Assembly: GCF_009914755.1 (NCBI RefSeq)
Contig: NC_060943.1
Direction: 5' to 3' (one strand)
Length of the DNA stretch: 64,000 nucleotides
From: the human T2T-CHM13v2.0 reference genome, Homo sapiens
Part shown: positions 30,001-47,975 of the stretch, one piece after another
How positions within the stretch are numbered: the stretch's first letter is position 1
How the letters are laid out: every line of letters starts with the position of its first letter
Made by a program: the position numbers and the translations under genes
The notes under the pieces: model-generated
The model's input: only the letters and a program-made list of their open reading frames with translations
Told to the model about the DNA's origin: nothing
The model's database searches: none

Positions 30001-32840
30001 TTTGTTATCAGTTGTTCATCTGTATGAAATCGTAACTGAGCATTTTCAATTAACTGTGTGGAATGAACCACATATGAAGAATCGGAAATCACATTAATAG
30101 GCATATCAAAAGCAGTCAATACCTCAATTACAGCTACAAGCTTTGCTTTTTATAGGGAGTCTGGAAAACTTTACTTTTCAAGCCAGAATAAGAAGCTTTA
30201 CCATTACTAGACCCATCTGTAAAACAATGAAAACACTTAGCAGGCTGCAGGTTGTTTACCACAGGAATTGTAAATGCAAACCGTTCACAGTCTTGCTAGG
30301 CTAAAGGGATAGTAAAGAAACAGTCTTTTAAATCTATGACTATTAAAGGACAATTTTTTGGAATTATAGCAGGAGAAGGCAATCCTTGCTGTAATGCTCC
30401 CATAGGTTGTATAACTGAATTGATAGCTCTTAAGTCAGTTAACATTCTCCATTTACCTGATTTTTTCTTAGTTATGAAAACTGGAGAATTCCAAGGGGAA
30501 AATGTTGGAGCCATTTCCTAATTGTTCAGTAACTAATTTCTCTAAAGCTTCCAGTTTCTCTTTACTTAGCCACCATTGTTCTATCCAAATTGGCTTATCT
30601 GTTAACCATTTTAAAGGTATAGGTTCTGGAGGCTTGACAATGGCCGCCATCAAAAATGATATCCTAATCTTTGGTGAGAACTTTGCTTTTCTCCTTGAAG
30701 TGGCTCTTTCAAACCTTGCAAATTTTTTTCTAGTCCCATACCAGGGACATACTCCATTTCATGCATCATACATTGACTTTGAGGGCTATATAATTGTTCT
30801 GGAATTAGAACTTGTGCTCCCCATTGTTGTAATAAATCTCTCCCACATAAATTTATAGGTACAGAAATTACAATTGGTTGAATAGTCCCAACTTGTCCAT
30901 CGGGCCCTTCACAATGCAAAATATAACTACTTTGATATACTTCAGGGGCTTTACCAACTCCAACTATGTTAAATTGAGCAGGTTGAATTGGCCACACAGA
31001 TGGCCAGTGCTGTAGAGAAATGATTGAAATGTCCGCTCCTGTATCTACCAAACCTTTAATTTTCTTTCCCTGAATAGTTATTTATTTCACAGGTAGGACG
31101 TTTATCAGTAATTGATTTACCCAATAAACTGCTTTGCCTTGTATATTTGTGCTTCCAAATCCACCTGTTTGTTTAATTTCACTTTTTCCCATTCCCATAT
31201 ACGGCACAATCAGGAGCTGTGCTATGCACTCTCCTGGCTCTGCTTTCCAGGGAACAGAAGTAGATATAACAATTTGAATTTCCCCATTGTAATCTGAATT
31301 AATGACTCCTGTATGTATTTCTACCCCTTTTTAAACTTAAACTAGACCTTCCTAAAAGTAATCCTATTGTCCCCGCTGGCAAGTGTCCACAGACTCCTGT
31401 TGGGACCTTTTGCAGGGGTTCCCCAGGCAGAAGGCTCACAGCTTTTGTGCAGCATAAATCTACTGTGGCATTACCAGCTGTGGCGGGGGACAGACATTGT
31501 ACAGGGGTGAGTACAGCCTGAGCTGGAAATGCCCCAGTTTAGAACGGGGCCCAGGATGGGCCCCTCATGGTGTTGCCCAAAATTGGGTTCCCTCCTCTAT
31601 CAAACTTAGAATGACACTGATTAGCCCAATATTTTCCTTTTTTACATTTTGGAAATATTTCAGGCTCAGCAGTTTTCTTTTTTCCCCTATCTGGCGGCCT
31701 GACTCGCTGATTATTTCTACATTCTTTTTTAGTATGAATAGCTTGTTTAAATTCTTTGAGTAATTTAAAAGGAAAGGACTCAAATGTAGCTATAATATTT
31801 TCCTGTTGATCTGGAGGGTGTATTCTAACAGGGAGCTGCCAAGCCTCTAAATCACCCTCTCATCTAGCTTGCTGAATTCCTGCCTGAATAGAACTAAGAG
31901 CAGTCACTCGGGGCGCCGCTCGAACAGTCACTGGGGCAACTACTTTTTGCCCAGTGTCCTCCAGAAAAGAAAGATCTGGAGGGTCTTTTTCTTCAAAATA
32001 ATAATGAGGGGGTGCAGAAGGGTAGGAATGAACCTCTCCCTCCTTTGCCGCTTTAGCTTTAGCTGGCAAATAAACCTGCTCTGTAACCTCTTCTGTTAAT
32101 TCGTTATACTCTCCTTCCTCCTCATCATCAGTGTGAAAAAGTTCCAAGGTGGAACAAACCAGACCCCACACTTGTCCCATTTTTACCCTGATGCTTCTGA
32201 GCTCCCCTTTTTACTCACCACGGGGATTGCTTTAAGAGTACTCGGGTGTCCTCCAGCTTAGTTCCATGTTTTCCAACCATCGCTCCGGCAACCCTTTGAC
32301 CTGCATTGGAGCCCCCATGATGGATGCCACTTGCCAGGACCAGCTCGGTCAGGGAGACCCTAACCCAGCGGTGGTAGAGGAATTAAAGACACACAGAAAT
32401 ATAGAGGTGTAAAGTGGGAAATCAGGGGTCTCCCAGCCTTCAGAGCTGAGAGCATCGAACAGAGATTTACCCACGTATTTATGAGCAGCAAGCCAGTCAT
32501 TAGCATTCTTTCTATGGATATTAGATTAACTAAAAGTATCCCTTACGGGAAACGAAGGGATGGGCCAAAATAAAGGGATGGGTTTGGCTAGTTATCTGCA
32601 GTGGGAGCATGTCCTTAAGGCACAGATCGCTCGTGCTATTGTTTGTGGTTTAAGGATGCCTCTAAGTGGTTTTCTGCCCTAGGTGGCCTAGGTGTTCCTT
32701 GCCCTCATTCTGGTAAACCCACAACCTTCCAGTGTGGGCATCATGGCCATCATGAACACATCACAGTGCTGCAGAGATTTTGTGTATGGCCAGTTTTGGG
32801 GCCAGCTTATGGCCAGATTTTGGGGGGCCTGTTCCCAACA
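27094..32840 (-). mobile_element. HERV-K(HML-3)/HERVK9 provirus with MER9 LTRs, internally deleted
   Basis: 5' LTR 32332-32840, 3' LTR 27094-28608 (interrupted); degenerate Lys-type PBS 32312-32329; gag MGQVWGLV (32180), protease VDTGAD (30650-31051), RT fragment, IN, env remnant; PPT next to 28608. Confidence 0.9.
27216..28221 (+). mobile_element. Solo LTR13 (HML-4) inserted in the MER9 3' LTR
   Basis: TGTGGGCAGCAAGTCACCCAGG...CCCTTCA, ~1.0 kb; TSD GCTGA (27211-27215, 28222-28226). Confidence 0.85.
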
Positions 32841-32849
32841 CTGCTATTA

Positions 32850-33143
32850 AATTTTTTTGTTAAGATGGAGTTTAGCTCTGTCTCCCAGGCTAAAGTGTAA
32901 TGGTATAATATCGCTTTACTCTAAACTTTGCCTCTGAGGCTCAAGCGATTCTTGTGCCTCTGCCTCCAGAGTAGCTGAGATTACAGATGTGCACCACCAC
33001 ACCAAGCTAATTTTTGCATTTTTAGTAAAGATGGGGTTTTGCCCTGTTGGCCAAGCTGGTCTCAAACTCCTTGACCTCAGGTGATCTGCCCGCCTCGGAC
33101 TCCCAAAGTGCTGTGATTACAGGAGTGAGCCGCCACGTATGGT
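32850..33143 (-). mobile_element. Old Alu (AluJ-like)
   Basis: Reverse Alu; paralog of 24895-25197. Confidence 0.8.
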
Positions 33144-33514
33144 CTCTCCTACTAAAAGTTAAAGAACATCAGTGTTTAAACATTAATGAGTTCATTGGAG
33201 CAAACAGTGATTGGTGAAATGAAAAGCGCCCAACCGTGGTTTGTGGCTCATGTGAGGGGCATGAAGGAAAGGTTTTATAAAGTGCTTGAGAAGGCAAACC
33301 AGATTCAAGAATTGGTTACAGTTATGCAGTCACCTTACTTGCATGTTCCAGGTAGAAATGTCCTCCTTATATAATTAGAGGTTAATTGCAGGTTTATGAT
33401 AGGCCAAGCCTGAATTTTTTTCATCCTAAGATAGTAATTTGTAAGAAATGCATTCAAGTTAGGTTTCAGATATTTTACTTATGAGCACAGGGCACTAGAG
33501 CCACTTCAGTCTAA

Positions 33515-33820
<306 letters not shown>

Positions 33821-34629
33821 ATAGTTAGCTTTTCATGTCTGTTATTTTTAGTGGGTGATTTCAAATAAATAATTCTTTCACTTTGCTTTGGGAATGCTAC
33901 TAGGGAAAAGAAATAGAGAAAATTTTTCTTCCACTGTGACTATAGAAAGTGAATACATTTCCACAAGCAAATGTGAAAGATTAATTGATGAATTTCATAT
34001 ATTTGTCAAAACATCAGATCCTCTTTTTTATAGGATCTAGAATTTGTAACAGTGGATATCTCTATTTTGTACTCTGCTCTCTGAATGTCCAAGTTTAATG
34101 CTAAATTTTATGAGATGAATCTTGGCACCTTCTAGAAATGTTTATATATGATTGTCTATTAAATTATTTAGTATGAATAATAAGGAAGCACAAAAAGGGT
34201 CAGAAAAAAAGGTGGGAGGGGAAGGGAGGGAAAAAACATGGTAAAATCAGATCCTAGGTGAGAGAATATTTCACCCAGAACTCAGCCTATTCTTAAGAGG
34301 GTCATAAAAAGGGCTTGTATGTTAGCTTAGAGTAAGATTGAGTCTAAGTTAGGAGGCCTGAGGAAGGAAAAAAACTTAAGCAAAGTTTGGTTAACAATTT
34401 ATTATTCAATTATTTATGAGGCAAAAAAAAAAAAAGAATTTAGAGAGTCTGTGGCTTTGTGATATCAAAAACAGGAAGGGTGTTCTGTGCAGTAAGATGA
34501 CCTTGGAAAACACAAAAGATGGGGGATTACTTTAATCACAGCTGTTACCTACCCACCCCATTTTTCCCCTTCACTTTTTTTGCCCTGTACATTTCTTCCA
34601 TTTGGCTGTTGCTGACAACAACAATCGTT

Positions 34630-34947
34630 GTCTTTTTTTTTTTTTTTGGCAGTGGGAGGGGGATGGTTACGGAGTGTTTCTTTGTCACCCAGGCTGGTGT
34701 TCAGTGGCTTGATCTCGGCTCACTGCAACTTTCGCCTCCCGGATTCAAGTGATTCTCCTGCCTCAGTCTCCTGAGTAGCTGGGATTACAGGTGCACACCA
34801 CCATGCCTGGCTAATTTTTGTATTTTTAGTAGAGATGGGGTTTCACCATGTTGGTCAGGCTGGTCTTGAACTCCTGACCTCGTGATTCACCCGCCTCGCC
34901 CCCCCCAAAGTGCTGGGATTACAGGTATAAGCCACTGTGCCTGGCCT
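34630..34947 (-). mobile_element. AluS
   Basis: Reverse Alu consensus. Confidence 0.88.
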
Positions 34948-35116
34948 CTGTTTTTAATTATATTTCTCTCACATTGTTCAGAATTACTAGACCTGATATT
35001 AACACATAATGTGTTCACAAGGCTTCACTCTGTATGGACCTTTTTCTCTTGGGCTTCCAGTCACAACCCACAGTCATGCAGCAAAGTTCACACTGCCCTC
35101 AAAGTCTGCAGGCTGA

Positions 35117-35448
<332 letters not shown>

Positions 35449-36788
35449 GGATCTAACATTCTTAATAGTGCAGTTTGACCAGATTTCTACAAAAACAAAC
35501 ATGGCATTAATCAGCTATTCTCACTGTGTCTTTTCATTCCCCCAGCATCTTCAGACTTTAAATTGATTCAAATAGCATGTGGCCTGAAAACCCAGCTAGG
35601 TTCACACATTTGCATTGAGTAGGCCTGAGAATCTAAATATTTCACTCATTCTCTTGCCTGAATACCCATAAATGTGCCAAGTGTCCCTGTGGCTTCCTTT
35701 CCTGCCCCTCCAAACCTAAATCTGCAGTTCCAAATTTTGTCCAGCTTCTAGGGTTCTCCAGTATGTGTTAGAGCAGCCTTCATGTTGGAATTTCTCCTCC
35801 AGTTTTTCTCTCCTTACTGTAATGCCTAGAATACAGAGCCAAGTTAATTGTACCTAGAATCTACATATAAGGGCTGATATCCACCTGGAATTCACAAGAC
35901 AGGGCCAGACTTAACATTTTGGGCAGTGAGCCACTGTGGTTGTGTGAGGGGCTCCTGGTGTAAGGTAAATTTGGTGGCAGAATCTATAGGTGTACAGAAG
36001 CAACTTAGCAGAGGCAAGGCAGGGCCACAGCTGTCCAGAGAGATAAAGATAACTACATCTCCTGTATGTGAATTGTGTTACTGGAGAAGGGTATTCTTGT
36101 CCTTGAACCCAACAGTTAGCTCAACATATATAGGTAATATCAGATCTGGATCGAGAATTAGGGGTTGTTCTATTTTTTATTCTGGCTCCACAGAGTCAGC
36201 CTGAGTCTCCTCTGTTTGAATAACTGTTGAAGCATCAGCCCAGGGCCACTGCAGACCCTCTCACTAGCACCTAGGAGTCCTTGAGACATTTAGGGATGTA
36301 CTGTGCAGACAAGGGTCAGGCTGACAAGTCCAATCTTCCTCCCATCTCATAAAAGAATGAGTAATCCAGGGCTTCTTTCTCCCATCACAGAAGGTATCTC
36401 CTTATTTGGTGTCCAAATAGGAGTTGCTCCTATTTCCTGATATTTGGGTGGAGAACAAGTAGGAGGTCTGGAGGCCCAAACTGATAGGTTAACAAATTGT
36501 TTCCATTTTATTTGGCCATGAGAAGAACAGGTGAAGCAGTCATGGACCCTACCATCAAGGAATTTTTATTCTAGAGCCAATGGATAAATTATTTAATTTA
36601 GAGTAATGCGATCAGAACAGAGAAGGGAGTTGTATAGAGAACTTGGGCTTCATTTGGGACACTAATTGTATGTTGTGGTTGTGAGTTCTGATGTCACCAC
36701 CTGAAGGGCCACCCATGGACAGAAAAGTTGTGGCAATTATTATTTCTATTTCTTTTCACTTGACAAGAATAAATAGTTTTCTATGTAA

Positions 36789-37100
<312 letters not shown>

Positions 37101-37714
37101 TTCAATGTAATTTTTTAGAAAGACCTACATGATTTGGTAAAATTGGTTGCTATTGTATCATGCAAAATAGATAGGATGAGGCTTAAATCGTTTAAATCAG
37201 AAAAGTTCTGGGAGTCAAGTTCTTATTGGTCAGGCTTAGAATGGAGAACTGAAAATAAGCCAGCAGCATAGAGATGAGAAGCTGAGGGCCAGCTCCCTGC
37301 CCCAGCCCTACCCAGCTCTACCCTCTTCTGAGCCTTGTCCAGGTCTGGCCTCACCCTGATATCTCCCTCACAGAACTGATTAGAGGAGATCGGATTTATG
37401 TGTGGCAACTCTTGGTATCTCTTCAGAGCTGGATCTCACGATTTTCCTAGACCCAAAAACGAATAAATGGGAGCAAAGGATTATTTATTTGGAGCCTTAA
37501 TTTCTTTCTTTCTTATTGAAACCAGTGCTTCTAGAGACATTTCATACAGCAACCTGTTTTACACTTCTGCAAATCCAATAGTTTTTCTACATGTTATGAG
37601 AAAGAAAATATAAACACAACAATTAAAAGTCTTTTGGACCTCTACTTAAGCCTTCATTTCTGTATCCCTTTTATCTTCTGTATTTAGGTTTCATAGTGAT
37701 AAGAAAACAAACAG

Positions 37715-38018
<304 letters not shown>

Positions 38019-38342
38019 CTAAATCCTGCTAGAAATTATGGGACACTTAATACCTACTTCACAGAATTTTTTGAGGTTTAACTCACACCAGGTGAGTTTC
38101 CCAGCACAACACACCACAGCATACTTGTGAGCACATAGTATGAGCTCAATAAACATTGCATTAACACATGTGTACATGTTTCAAAATGCATTCTCCAGCC
38201 TTCTGTAGACTTCAAATAGCTGGCAAAAAATGTGATCTTTTGGGATGGTGATTAGTGGTTTTCACTGTAAACAAAAAATATTCATGTTTCAATAAGAATA
38301 TTGTATGTAAGGGACTTTGTGTGTTATTCCTGCTTTCTCTGA

Positions 38343-38687
<345 letters not shown>

Positions 38688-39484
38688 TAAACAAGCCAAT
38701 TCCTGGACCCCTTCAAAACGTGCAGGATCACATTAGTTAGAGAAGGGCCCAGAATACCAAATGACCTATATGCACATTGAAGCTTGAGAGGGAATGGTCA
38801 GCTAAGTGGTTCTCAGCCCAGGCATCCAGTTAAGACCACATGACCAGTTTGAAGAAATACCATCACCTGCGTCTTCCCTTACAGGTTGTATTTTCTCCTG
38901 AGTAGATTCAGATGATTATGTACTTTTCTCTCCATCAATATCACAGCAGTAATAAAGGGCCCACCTAAGTGCCTTCTTAGTGCAATAGACAGCGTATCAG
39001 TCTCATAATGGGCCCATCTGTGCATTGGCCCCTAAATCTGGTTTGTCTCATTACAGCTGATGCTAAATTTATTCATCTGGCTAAGGTGTTTTCTGCCAAA
39101 TTCCTTCACTATAAAGTTAGTTATTTTTTTCTTTATCAATAATGAGTATCTTGGAAGGGGGATTTACTGAGGTGTATAAATTATCAAATTTAATTTAAAA
39201 ACTCCTATTTCTTTTTTTTCTTATATCTTACTTTGGAGAATAAATACTTTCCTATTTGTCAACTATAGATAGCAGCTTTTGAAACTGGAAGTTCTGAAAC
39301 AGGTCTCAGTTGTTTAGGTTTCCATTTAATTTCACCTTCATTTCACAAGCATATACTTTATTCTCTGTAATTTTAGGGACAAAGAAAAAATATATAATCA
39401 ATATATCTATTGTCTTAAAATTCTAAAACATACTATGGCACATAAAATAAACAAAGCAAAACATTAAAAAAAAATCTGACTCAG

Positions 39485-41368
<1,884 letters not shown>

Positions 41369-41583
41369 CCAGGGTGCTTTCTTATTTTCCCTCTAATTTC
41401 TTCTTTGACTGTCATTTGTTGTTTAGGAGCATGTTGTTTAGTAGCCACATGTTTTGAGTTTTCTAATTCTCTTTTTGCTATTTTTTTCTAGTTTTATGCC
41501 ATTGTGATCAGAATAAAAACAACATAATTTTCACCTTCTTAAATTTGAAAAAGCCTGTTTATTTCTGGTTTAATGTATAATTT

Positions 41584-42022
41584 CTCCTGAAAGATATTTT
41601 ATGTATTTTTTATTTTTATTTTCATTTTGTTATTTTTTTCTTTGCTCTGTCTTGCCCTGTTGCCCAGGCTGGAGTGCATGGGTGCAGTCTTGACTCACTG
41701 TGACCTCCTGAAATTATAATTTCTCAAAGTATAATTACTCCTGAAAAATATTTTATGTAATTTTTTGTTTTTATTTTTATTTTGTTATTTTTGTTGTTGT
41801 TGTTCTCTCTTGCTCTGTCGCCCAGGCTGGAGTGCATGGGTGCAGTCTTGACTCACTGTGACCTCCTGAAATTATAATTTCTCAAAGTATAATTACTCCT
41901 GAAAAATATTTTATGTAATTTTTTGTTTTTATTTTTACTTTGTTATTTTTGTTGTTGTTGTTCTCTCTTGCTCTGTCGCCCAGGCTGGAGTGCATGGGTG
42001 CATTCTTGACTCACTATGACCT
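41584..42022. repeat. ~158-bp tandem repeat (about 2.7 copies) spanning an L1/Alu junction
   Basis: Units start CTCCTGAAA at 41584, 41738 and 41896; copies 2 and 3 nearly identical. Confidence 0.9.
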
Positions 42023-42689
42023 CCATCTCCCCAGATCAAGCAGTTTTTCTGCCTCATCCTCCCACGTAGCTGAAACTACTGGTGCGCACCACCAAGCCCA
42101 CCCAATGTCTGTATTTTCCATGATGATGAGGTTTCACCATGTTGGCCAGGCTGGGAGAATATTTCATGTATTTTTGAGATGAATGTGTATTCTCATACTG
42201 TTGAATGAAATGTTATGTGCATATCATCTATTTAGTCTATAGTGGTATACAACTACACTGTTTTCTTAGTAGATTTCTGTTTGAATGATCTGTCTGTTGT
42301 TTTGAGTAAGGTATTAAAGTTTTATTGTATTTCTGTCTACTTCTCCCTACAGTTTTGTGAATATTTGCTTTATATATTTAGAAGCTCCAGTGCTGGGAGA
42401 ATACATATTTTTAATTACTATATCCTCTTGACAAATTAACTTCTTTATTATTGCATGGTAAACTCATTTGACTCTTGTGATAGATGTTGCTAGGAAGTCT
42501 TTTTTGTCTAATTTAGCAATAACTACCATTGCACACTTTTGATTATCATTTTCATGGAATATCTTTTTTCATCCTTTCACTTTTGGCCTATGCTTGTCCT
42601 TAAATCAAAAGGGAGTCTCTTTTAGGCAGCATATCAATGGGCTTTTAAAAAGTGAGTTGGTCACTCTTTTTCATTGTGTTGTTTGTTGC

Positions 42690-43028
42690 TATATCAGTGT
42701 ATCACAGACTAAGTATTTTATGAAAAGCAAAAATTTATTTGCCTCATGATTCTGGAGGCTGAGATGGCAAAGAATATGACACTGGCATCTGTTGAAGGCC
42801 TTGTTCTGCATAATAACATAGCCAAAGGCATGAGGAAGAGACAGCTTCCTTTTATAAGAGAACCTCTTGATATAATTAACCCATCTCATGATAAGAACAT
42901 TTATCCATTTATGAGGGTTAGATTGCTTATGGCCTAATCAATTCTTAAAGATCCCACCTTTTAATTCTATTACAATGGCTATTTAATTTTAACCTAAAAT
43001 GTGGAGATGACATTGTGTATAGTAGCAG
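42690..43028 (-). mobile_element. MaLR LTR (MST/MLT1A-like)
   Basis: AATTTATTTGCCTCATGATTCTGGAGGCTG...CCTAATCAATTCTTAAAGATCCCACC. Confidence 0.65.
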
Positions 43029-44704
43029 TGTCTGTTTATTGGATAATTTATTTTCTTTATATGTAAAATAGTGATAGGTTACTATTAATAAGTTACTATT
43101 GTGATTTTGTTTTTTCTGTTTATTTAAATTTTAAAAAATATTTTATTCTTGTCCTGTCTTTCCTATGGTTTTGTTAGTTTGTGTCAAGACAGGGTTATGC
43201 TTTGTTGCCCAAGCTAGAACACAGTGGTATATCAGTGTGAGTCACAGCCCTCTGTAGCCTCAACTTCCTGGGCTCAAGCAGTCCTCCCATCTCAGCCACC
43301 TAGGTGGCTGAGACTACAGGCATGCTCCACAACAGCCAGCTATTTTTTTCATAGAGAAATGTCTCATTATGTTGCTCAGGCTGGTATCAAACTCCTGAGC
43401 TCAAGTAATTCTCCCATCTCAGTCTCTCAAAGTGCTGGGATTTTAATAGTCTAGTTTAGGATGATAACAATTTAACTTCTGTGTATGTAAAAACTGTACA
43501 CATTTTCTTCTTTTACACACTTAATACTATATAGTCATACTTTATAACTTTTTATGTTGTGTATTCATTAAAAAATTATTGTCACTGTATTTTTAATACT
43601 TTTTGTATAGATCTTATAGAGTTTAAAGTATTTTTACAAAACCATTACAATATTCTGAATTTCACTATATACTTATCATTTCCAGTGACATTTATACTTT
43701 AATGTTTTTCATATTGTTAGTTCTGATTCCATCATTTTAATGTGAAGAATTCCCTGTATCATTTCTTGTAAGACAGGTTGAGTGGTGATAAATTTCCTCA
43801 CCTTTTTCCTTTGTCTTGAAATGTCTTGATCTGTTTTATGGCTAAAGGACAGCTTTATTGGATATAGTCTTTTCAGTTGTCAGGTTTTTCTTTTCTTCTT
43901 TCAGCATTTTAAATATATAATTGAATCTTCTGGTTTGCAATATTTTTGCTGAAAAATCCACTGATTACATAAAGTTTCTCTTGTATGTAAAGAATCTCTT
44001 ATCTCTTCCTGTTTTCAAGATTTGTGCTTTATCTGTGAATGTTGACAATTTAATGATATTGTGTTCTAGGGTAATATTTACTAGGTTTATATTTTTTTTC
44101 TGTGGATAAATTGAGCTTCATAAAACTGGATGTTCATATCCTTCTCTAAATTTAGAAAGATTTTCTTTGAGACAGGGGCTCACTCTGTCCCCCAAGCTGA
44201 AGTGCAGTGGCATGATCTCAGCTCACTGCAACCTCTGCTTTTCAGGCTCAAGTGATCTTCCCACATCTGCCACCCAAGTAGCTGAAACTAAAGACATGTG
44301 CCACCCTGCCTGGCTAATTTTTGTATTTTTTTGTAGAGATGGGATTTTGTCATATTGCCCAGGCTGGTCTCAAACACTTAAGCTCAAGCCATGCACCCAC
44401 CTTGGCCTCTCAGAGTGCTGGGATTACAGATGTGAGCCACAAGGCTCGGCCTAGATTTGGAAAGTTTTCAGACATTATGTCTTTCAATCTCCTTTATTCT
44501 TTTTCTCTGTCTTCTTCTGAAAATTCTAAAATGTGTCAATTTGTTCACTTTATGATTGATTACTTTCAAATGACAAGTTTTTGAGTTTGTTGAATTTTCT
44601 TTTTTATAATTGAGTCTCCTGTTAAAATTTTCTACTACACTTCTTCAGTTCTGCCATTGTTTACCTTAACTGCAGGATTTTTGTGTGGTCATTTTTATGG
44701 TTTT

Positions 44705-44707
<3 letters not shown>

Positions 44708-44769
<62 letters not shown>

Positions 44770-44770
44770 A
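44708..44770. repeat. (TC)n(TA)n compound microsatellite
   Basis: Direct reading. Confidence 0.95.
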
Positions 44771-45022
44771 AAAAACATGAGATGTCATTTTGCTGTGTTG
44801 GCCAGGTTGGTCTTGAACTCCTGGTCCCAAGTAATGCTCCTGCCTCAGCATCCCAAAGTTTTATTATTATAGGTGTGGGCCACCATGCTTGGCCTACTTA
44901 TGTATTGTTTCTAATTTTGTTTCTGTGTTGTTTCCTAAAAATTTTTTAGTTATCTGTGTTCTTTGCATCTTATTGAAATTTTTAAAGAAAATTGTTTTCT
45001 TTTTTAAAACTTTTTGAGATGA

Positions 45023-45310
<288 letters not shown>

Positions 45311-47025
45311 TGAGGGAATAATAATAATAAAACAACAACAACAACAACAAAACTTCCATAGCTTTGCTAGAGATTTACACATTCAGATACAAAAAGCTCA
45401 AAGAGCCCCCAGGAAATTCATTACAAAAAGATAATTACCTAGGCAGTAGTCATCAGGTTATCTAATGTCAAGATGAAGAAAATAATCTTAAGAGCTGTGA
45501 GGTGAAAGCATCAGGTTACCTATAAATAAAAACCTACCAGATTAACAGCAGACTTTTCAGCAGAAATATTACAAGTGAGAAGGGATTGGCATTCTATCTT
45601 TAGCCTCCTTAAACAAAATAATTATCAGCCAAGAATTTTGAATCCAGTGAGATAAAGGAATATAAATGAAGAAGAGATAAACTCTCTTTCACAGAAACAG
45701 ATGCTGAGAGAATTTGCCACTGCCAACTCAGCACTACAAGAAATGCTGAAAGGATATCTAAATCTTGAAACAAAACCTCAAAATATACACGAGTAGACTC
45801 TCCTTAATTCATAAATCTTACAGGACCTATAAAACAGTAACATAAAGAAAAATATCAAGATATTCAGGCAACAGCTGGCATGATGAATCCAGCAGTACCT
45901 CACTTCTCACTACTAATGTTGAATGTAACTGGCAAAAGTGCTTCACTTTAAAGATACAGAATAGCAGAATAAATAGGAATCCCTACAACAAGTAGCTGCT
46001 GTCTACAAGAGACTCAATGTAAGCATACACCAAGAAACTAGAGAAAGAACAAACCAAACTCAAACCCGGCAGAAGAAAAGAAATAACAAAAATCTGAATA
46101 AAATCAGAGAAAAACTGAATAAAATTGAAACAAAACCACAAAAGATAAAACAAGAATCTGGTTCTTTGAAAAGATAAACAAAACTGATATGCCATTAGTG
46201 AGATTAACTAAAAGAAGCAGAGAGAGAAGCTCCAAATAAGCTCAATTAGAAACAAAACGGGAGATATTACAACCAATACCACAGAAATACAAAAGATTAT
46301 TCAAGGCTACTAAGAACACCTTTATGTGCACAAACTAGAAAACCTAGAAACAATAATTCTTGGAAAAAATATAACCCACCTAGATTAAACTACAAAGAAA
46401 TAGGCACTCTGAACAGACCGATAACAAGTAGTAGGATTGAAACAGCAATTTAAAAAATTGTCATTAACAAAAAAGTCCAGGACCAGATGAATTTACAGGT
46501 GAATTCTATCAGACATTCAAAGATGAATTGGTACCAATCCTACTGAAACTACTCCAAAAAGTATAGAAAGTGGAAATCCTTCCTAAATTATTATATGAAG
46601 CCAATATCACCTGAATATGAAAACCAGGATAGGACATAACACAAAAAGAAAGCTGCACTCCAATGTTCCTGATGAAAATGAATTTAAAAAATTGTCAACA
46701 AAATACTAGCTAGCCAAACACAACAGCATATCAATAAGATAATACACCATGGTCAAGTGCATTTTATACCAGGGATGCAGGGATAAATGTAATAGACCAC
46801 AAATAAAATTCAAAACAAAAATTATACAATCATCTCAATAGATGCAAAAAAAGCATTTGATAAAATCCGGTACCTTTTTAAGATTAAGACCCTCAGCAAT
46901 ATCAGCATAGAAGGGACATACCTTAACATAATGAAAGCCATCTATGACAAACCCAAAGAAAACATTACACTGAATGGGGAAAAATTGGAAGCATTCCCTC
47001 TGTGAACTGAAATAAGACAAGGATA

Positions 47026-47351
<326 letters not shown>

Positions 47352-47689
47352 CAAGGATGCCCACTCTCACTCTCACCACTTCTATTCAACATAATACTGG
47401 AGGTCCTAGCCAGAGCAATCAGACAAAAGAAAGAAATAGATGGCATTTAAATTAGTAAAGAAGTCAAACTGTCACTGTTTACTGATGCGTATGATTGTAT
47501 ACCTAGAAAGCCCTAAAGACTCATCCAAATAACTTCTAGATCTGTTAAATAAGTCCAGTAAAGTTTCAGGATACAAAATAAATGTACACAAATCAATAGC
47601 ACTGCAAAACATAAACAGCTACTAAGCTGAAAATCCAGTAAAGAACCTAAACCCTATTACAACAGCTGCAAAAAATATAAAATAATTAG

Positions 47690-47975
<286 letters not shown>

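Larger units (their letters stand above)
41370..44640 (-). mobile_element. Ancient L1 (L1M-like) fragments with inserted Alus and a MaLR LTR
   Basis: T-rich reverse L1 ORF2-like text, e.g. CATGGAATATCTTTTTTCATCCTTTCACTT. Confidence 0.6.

Noticed and set aside
30650-31051. Open HML-3 protease frame
   Set aside because: Upstream gag and dUTPase are deleted or frameshifted, so there is no plausible route to expression
36281-36300. ACATTTAGGGATGT resembling the KRAB-A start (TFRDV)
   Set aside because: The match ends after about 14 nt, with no AIEFS/EEW continuation or suitable acceptor
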